In this document: positions 28,473 to 32,000 of the stretch, in pieces | Position numbering within the stretch: position 1 is the stretch's first letter | Layout: each line of letters opens with the position of its first letter | NCBI RefSeq assembly: GCF_000014265.1 | Contig: NC_008312.1 | Coordinates: 4,080,001 to 4,112,000 of the forward strand | Length of the DNA stretch: 32,000 nt | Reading direction: 5' to 3' | From: Trichodesmium erythraeum IMS101 | GTDB taxonomy: Bacteria > Cyanobacteriota > Cyanobacteriia > Cyanobacteriales > Microcoleaceae | Program-made: the position numbers and the translations under genes | The notes under the pieces: generated by a model | Seen by the model: the letters and a program-made list of their open reading frames with translations, nothing else | The model's database searches: none | What the model was told of the DNA's origin: nothing

Positions 28473-29852
28473 TTACCAAAAAATTATTTTTTTAATCAAA
28501 CCAACCTTATTTTTATAAGGAGCATATCGGAATTTTAAATCAAACCATAATCCCTTATTCAATACACTTTTATAGTGAGAAAAAGTATCAAAACTAGCTT
28601 TACCATGATAACTACCAATACCACTATTTCCCACACCTCCAAACGGCAAAAATCTCACAACAAACTGCATCACAGTATCATTAATACAAACATTTCCAGA
28701 AGAAGTTTCCCTTAAAACTTGTTCTTGTTTCTGTTTATTTCGAGAAAAAAAGTAAAGAGATAAAGGTTTAGGACGAGAATTAACAAGAGCGATCGCCTCA
28801 TCCAAATTTTCATATTCTAAAACAGGTAAAATAGGTCCAAAAATCTCCTCCTCCATAATTCCTGAATCCCAATTAACTCCCTCAATAACTGTAGGTGAAA
28901 TATAAAGTTCTTCCGACTTTGTTTCACCACCAATAAAAATTTTTCCTTCTTCCAACAAATGATTTAATCTATTAAATTGCTTTTCATTTATAATCCGACC
29001 ATAATCTGGACTATTAGCAGGATTTTTACCATAAAACTTATCAATAGACTGTTTAATTTTCTCCAACAAATCAGACTTAACCGACTTATTTACCAACAAA
29101 TAATCAGGAGCAACACAAGTCTGACCAGCATTAATAAACTTTCCCCAAGTAATACGTTTTGCTGTATATTCTAACTGAATATCATCATCAACAATACAAG
29201 GGCTTTTTCCACCTAATTCCAAAGTAACAGGAGTGAGACTTTTAGCAGCAGCTTCCATAACTATTTTCCCTACTCTTGTTCCTCCAGTAAAGAAAATATG
29301 GTCAAATTTTTCGGCTAATAACTGTTGACTTTTTTCCACTCCTCCTGTAACAGCAGCAATATAGCTAGAGTCAAAAGTATGAGCAATTAAATCTGCAACA
29401 ACCTCAGAGGTATTAACAGCTATTTCCGAAGGTTTAATAATCGCACAATTTCCAGCAGCGATCGCTCCCAATAAGGGATGAATAACTAATTGAAAAGGAT
29501 AATTCCAAGCTCCAATAATTAACACAACCCCTAAGGGTTCTTGATAAATTTTAGCTCCGGCAGGAAACTGTTCAATTGGAGTAGAAACCCGACGAGGTTT
29601 TGCCCAAGATTTCAGCTTTTTAATCCCATCATTTATCTCTGGAAAAAAAGTCAGTTCAAAATATGCTTCAAATTCCGCTCTATTCAAATCTGCTTTAACG
29701 GCAGCAACTATTTTGTTTTGATAATCTGAAACTGCCTGTTTTAAACCCTTTAGTTGTTCTATTCTAAAGTCAATATTTTTGGTTTTTCCTGTAGCAAAAA
29801 ATTTACGTTGTTTATTTAATAAATTACTTATAGATGATTGGTCTAAAAGCAT
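28473..29852 (-). CDS. Aldehyde dehydrogenase, class 3-like (fatty/long-chain aldehyde dehydrogenase type)
   Basis: The track ORF starts at TTG 29879; ATG 29852 (MLLDQSSISNLLNKQRKFF...) is the likelier start. It has ELGGKSP, the catalytic Cys context GQTCVAPDY and EEIFGPILP. Confidence 0.88.
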   Translation of the reverse strand: MLLDQSSISNLLNKQRKFFATGKTKNIDFRIEQLKGLKQAVSDYQNKIVAAVKADLNRAEFEAYFELTFFPEINDGIKKLKSWAKPRRVSTPIEQFPAGAKIYQEPLGVVLIIGAWNYPFQLVIHPLLGAIAAGNCAIIKPSEIAVNTSEVVADLIAHTFDSSYIAAVTGGVEKSQQLLAEKFDHIFFTGGTRVGKIVMEAAAKSLTPVTLELGGKSPCIVDDDIQLEYTAKRITWGKFINAGQTCVAPDYLLVNKSVKSDLLEKIKQSIDKFYGKNPANSPDYGRIINEKQFNRLNHLLEEGKIFIGGETKSEELYISPTVIEGVNWDSGIMEEEIFGPILPVLEYENLDEAIALVNSRPKPLSLYFFSRNKQKQEQVLRETSSGNVCINDTVMQFVVRFLPFGGVGNSGIGSYHGKASFDTFSHYKSVLNKGLWFDLKFRYAPYKNKVGLIKKIIFW

Positions 29853-30198
29853 AGTTTTTATCCTAAATTTGAGATACAAGAAAGTTTGAGGTATTAATTC
29901 AATATTTGCCCTTGGATATAAGACTAAATTGAGGCATAAAAAGTTAAAGTCTGAGAAATAGGATAGGCACTCTGTAAGTACTTAGCAGTTAGCTATCAGC
30001 TATTAGCAATGAGTTATTAAATCATTGTAATTTTCTATCAAAAATTAGTCTTCAAAGAGAATTCAAAGTTACGTTTCATGACATTCCCCGCTGAAATAAA
30101 AAGGCGTTCAGCTCACCTTCAGTAATTCCTTTAATACTTAAAAGCTGAATACTTACATTTGACTTTTCCTTACTACTTATTCCTCCTAACTAAAAATA

Positions 30199-32000
30199 CT
30201 ATTCAACCTGACTAACACGACGTAAATTCAAAATATCACTTATATTTTTAATCTGAGTACAACTACGTTCAAATTGTTGGCAGTCGCTCACTTCAATACA
30301 TAGATTAATAATAGCAGTATGACCAGGATTTGTTTTAACCTGAGCATTTTTAACATTAACATTATTATCCATCAAACGGGATAAAATATCTTTGAGAACA
30401 CCCACTCTATCTATAACTTCAATATAGATATTAACTGGATAAGTTTTCGGTCTTCCATTATTTTCATTAGCATTATTCCAACTAACAGGAACTAACCTTT
30501 CTCCAGGTACATTTTCTATATTAGAACAACCTTGACGATGAATAGAAATACCATTTATACGAGTTACAGCTCCAATAATAGGCTCACCTGGAATCGGATT
30601 ACAACAACCTGCTAAATGATACATTAACCCTTCAACTCCAGCGATTGGATGATAATTATTAGGAGACGAAATTTGAGTAGACTTGTGTAAATATTTTTCT
30701 GAACAAATATCTGAATTTTCCTCAACTTTTGTGACTTCTCTAAAAGCATCTCGCAATCGATTGACCACTAAATTTAAAGTTATTTCACCATATCCCAAAC
30801 CAGCCAATAAATCATCTACATTATGATAATTAAATTTTTCAGAAACAAGTCGCATTTGCTCAGATTTGAGTAAAGATTCAAAACCTTTTTTACCCAATTC
30901 TTTTTCTAATAATTCTCGACCTCTAGCTAAAATTTCTTCTCTATGGGAACGCTTATACCACTGACGAATTCGATTTCGTGCTCCACCAGTAACCACAGAA
31001 TTTAGCCAATCTAAGCTAGGATGGCCATTTTTATGAGTTAAAATTTCGACAATATCACCATTTTTTAAAGGAGTATCTAAAGGTACTATTCGTTCATTTA
31101 CCTTAGCACCTGTACAATGATTTCCTACCTCTGTATGAATACGATAAGCGAAATCTATTGGTGTCGATCCATGTTTGAGGGAAATAACATCACCTTTTGG
31201 TGTAAATGCATAAACATCTTCAGAGAATAAATCACCCTTAATAGTTTCCAAATATTCCCGATCATCTTTCAGGTCACTTTGCCATTCTAATAACTGTCTA
31301 AGCCAAGTAAACTTTTCATCTTCTGTCGTAATATTAACATTAGTATTACTATAACCAGTCTCTTTATACTTCCAATGAGCAGCTATTCCATACTCAGCAA
31401 CATGGTGCATTTCCACAGTTCTAATTTGCACCTCTACCGGACGACCTGTAATACCTATTACTCCTGTATGTAACGACTGATAACGATTAGGTTTTGGCAG
31501 ACCAATATAGTCTTTAAATCTTCCAGGAATAGGACGATAAGAGTCATGAACAATAGCTAAAGTTCGATAACAATCTTCTCTTTTTTCTACAATAATTCTC
31601 AGTCCAGAAATATCATATACTTCGTGAAATTCTTTTTGTTTTAAGTACATCTTTCGATAAATTCCATAAAGATGTTTAGGGCGACCACTAATGTCGTAAC
31701 ATTCTATTCCTAAGCGGTCTAATTTTTGTCGTAAATTTTCTGTCATTTTTAATAATCTAGCTTCCCTATCTACCCTTTTATCTGCTACCAACTCTTGAAT
31801 TTCACGATAAGCATTTGGTTCAAGATATTTGAAAGATAAATCTTCTAATTCCCATTTAATCCTACCAATTCCTAAACGATTTGCCAGTGGTGCAAATATT
31901 TCCCGTGTTTCTAATGCTTTACTTAACTGTTTATGAGAAGGTAAATGTTGGAGAGTTCTCATATTATGTAATCTGTCTGCCAACTTGACAACAATGACTC
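30199..32000 (-). CDS. spoT: Bifunctional (p)ppGpp synthetase/hydrolase, RelA/SpoT homolog; the 5' end runs off the window
   Basis: The frame stays open to the window edge (..VIVVKLADRLHNMRTL, the end of the HD domain). The synthetase domain (RFKDYIGLPKPNRYQSLHT), the TGS domain and the C-terminal ACT domain are all recognisable. Confidence 0.92.
   Translation of the reverse strand, partial: VIVVKLADRLHNMRTLQHLPSHKQLSKALETREIFAPLANRLGIGRIKWELEDLSFKYLEPNAYREIQELVADKRVDREARLLKMTENLRQKLDRLGIECYDISGRPKHLYGIYRKMYLKQKEFHEVYDISGLRIIVEKREDCYRTLAIVHDSYRPIPGRFKDYIGLPKPNRYQSLHTGVIGITGRPVEVQIRTVEMHHVAEYGIAAHWKYKETGYSNTNVNITTEDEKFTWLRQLLEWQSDLKDDREYLETIKGDLFSEDVYAFTPKGDVISLKHGSTPIDFAYRIHTEVGNHCTGAKVNERIVPLDTPLKNGDIVEILTHKNGHPSLDWLNSVVTGGARNRIRQWYKRSHREEILARGRELLEKELGKKGFESLLKSEQMRLVSEKFNYHNVDDLLAGLGYGEITLNLVVNRLRDAFREVTKVEENSDICSEKYLHKSTQISSPNNYHPIAGVEGLMYHLAGCCNPIPGEPIIGAVTRINGISIHRQGCSNIENVPGERLVPVSWNNANENNGRPKTYPVNIYIEVIDRVGVLKDILSRLMDNNVNVKNAQVKTNPGHTAIINLCIEVSDCQQFERSCTQIKNISDILNLRRVSQVE

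Noticed and set aside
1-32000. tRNA, rRNA or tmRNA genes
   Set aside because: A scan for T-loop-like GGTTCGAnnCC motifs and acceptor-stem pairings in all spacers found nothing convincing.

Overview
This is an AT-rich cyanobacterial chromosome segment, roughly one-third GC by eye. The assignment rests on 10 perfect HIP1 octamers (GCGATCGC), where fewer than 1 is expected by chance, and on gene content: CoaBC, ArgD, a RelA/SpoT homolog, a DUF3598 protein and a Xi-class GST. I can support about 20 CDS. They cover only about two-thirds of the window (about 21 of 32 kb). The rest is long intergenic spacers of 0.4-1.8 kb containing decayed repeats, gene stubs and an IS remnant. No tRNA, rRNA or CRISPR array was seen.

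The main points are:
1. A co-oriented block at 2424-10710 (minus strand) holds four large, mutually divergent GT-C/ArnT-like polytopic membrane proteins plus a UPF0104 flippase-like protein. It is bracketed by inverted copies of a ~95-nt repeat. This is the best candidate for an uncharacterised periplasmic glycosylation module.
2. Three independent tandem duplications (61, 125 and ~222 bp) each straddle a CDS boundary. Two of them create upstream ORFs.
3. A decaying tandem array (about 19.5-21.8 kb) encodes a small secreted two-cysteine protein family of unknown function. It has two intact genes, one stop-riddled pseudogene, one 5' stub and a conserved 69-nt leader.
4. Other items are an IS1-family remnant with recognisable inverted ends, a reading frame interrupted by a single in-frame TAG, a 147-nt element closed by a 15-bp helix, and several dispersed short repeat families.

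Low coding density together with pseudogenisation suggests a genome like Richelia or Trichodesmium. That is inference only. All similarity statements are by-eye recognition; no searches were run.
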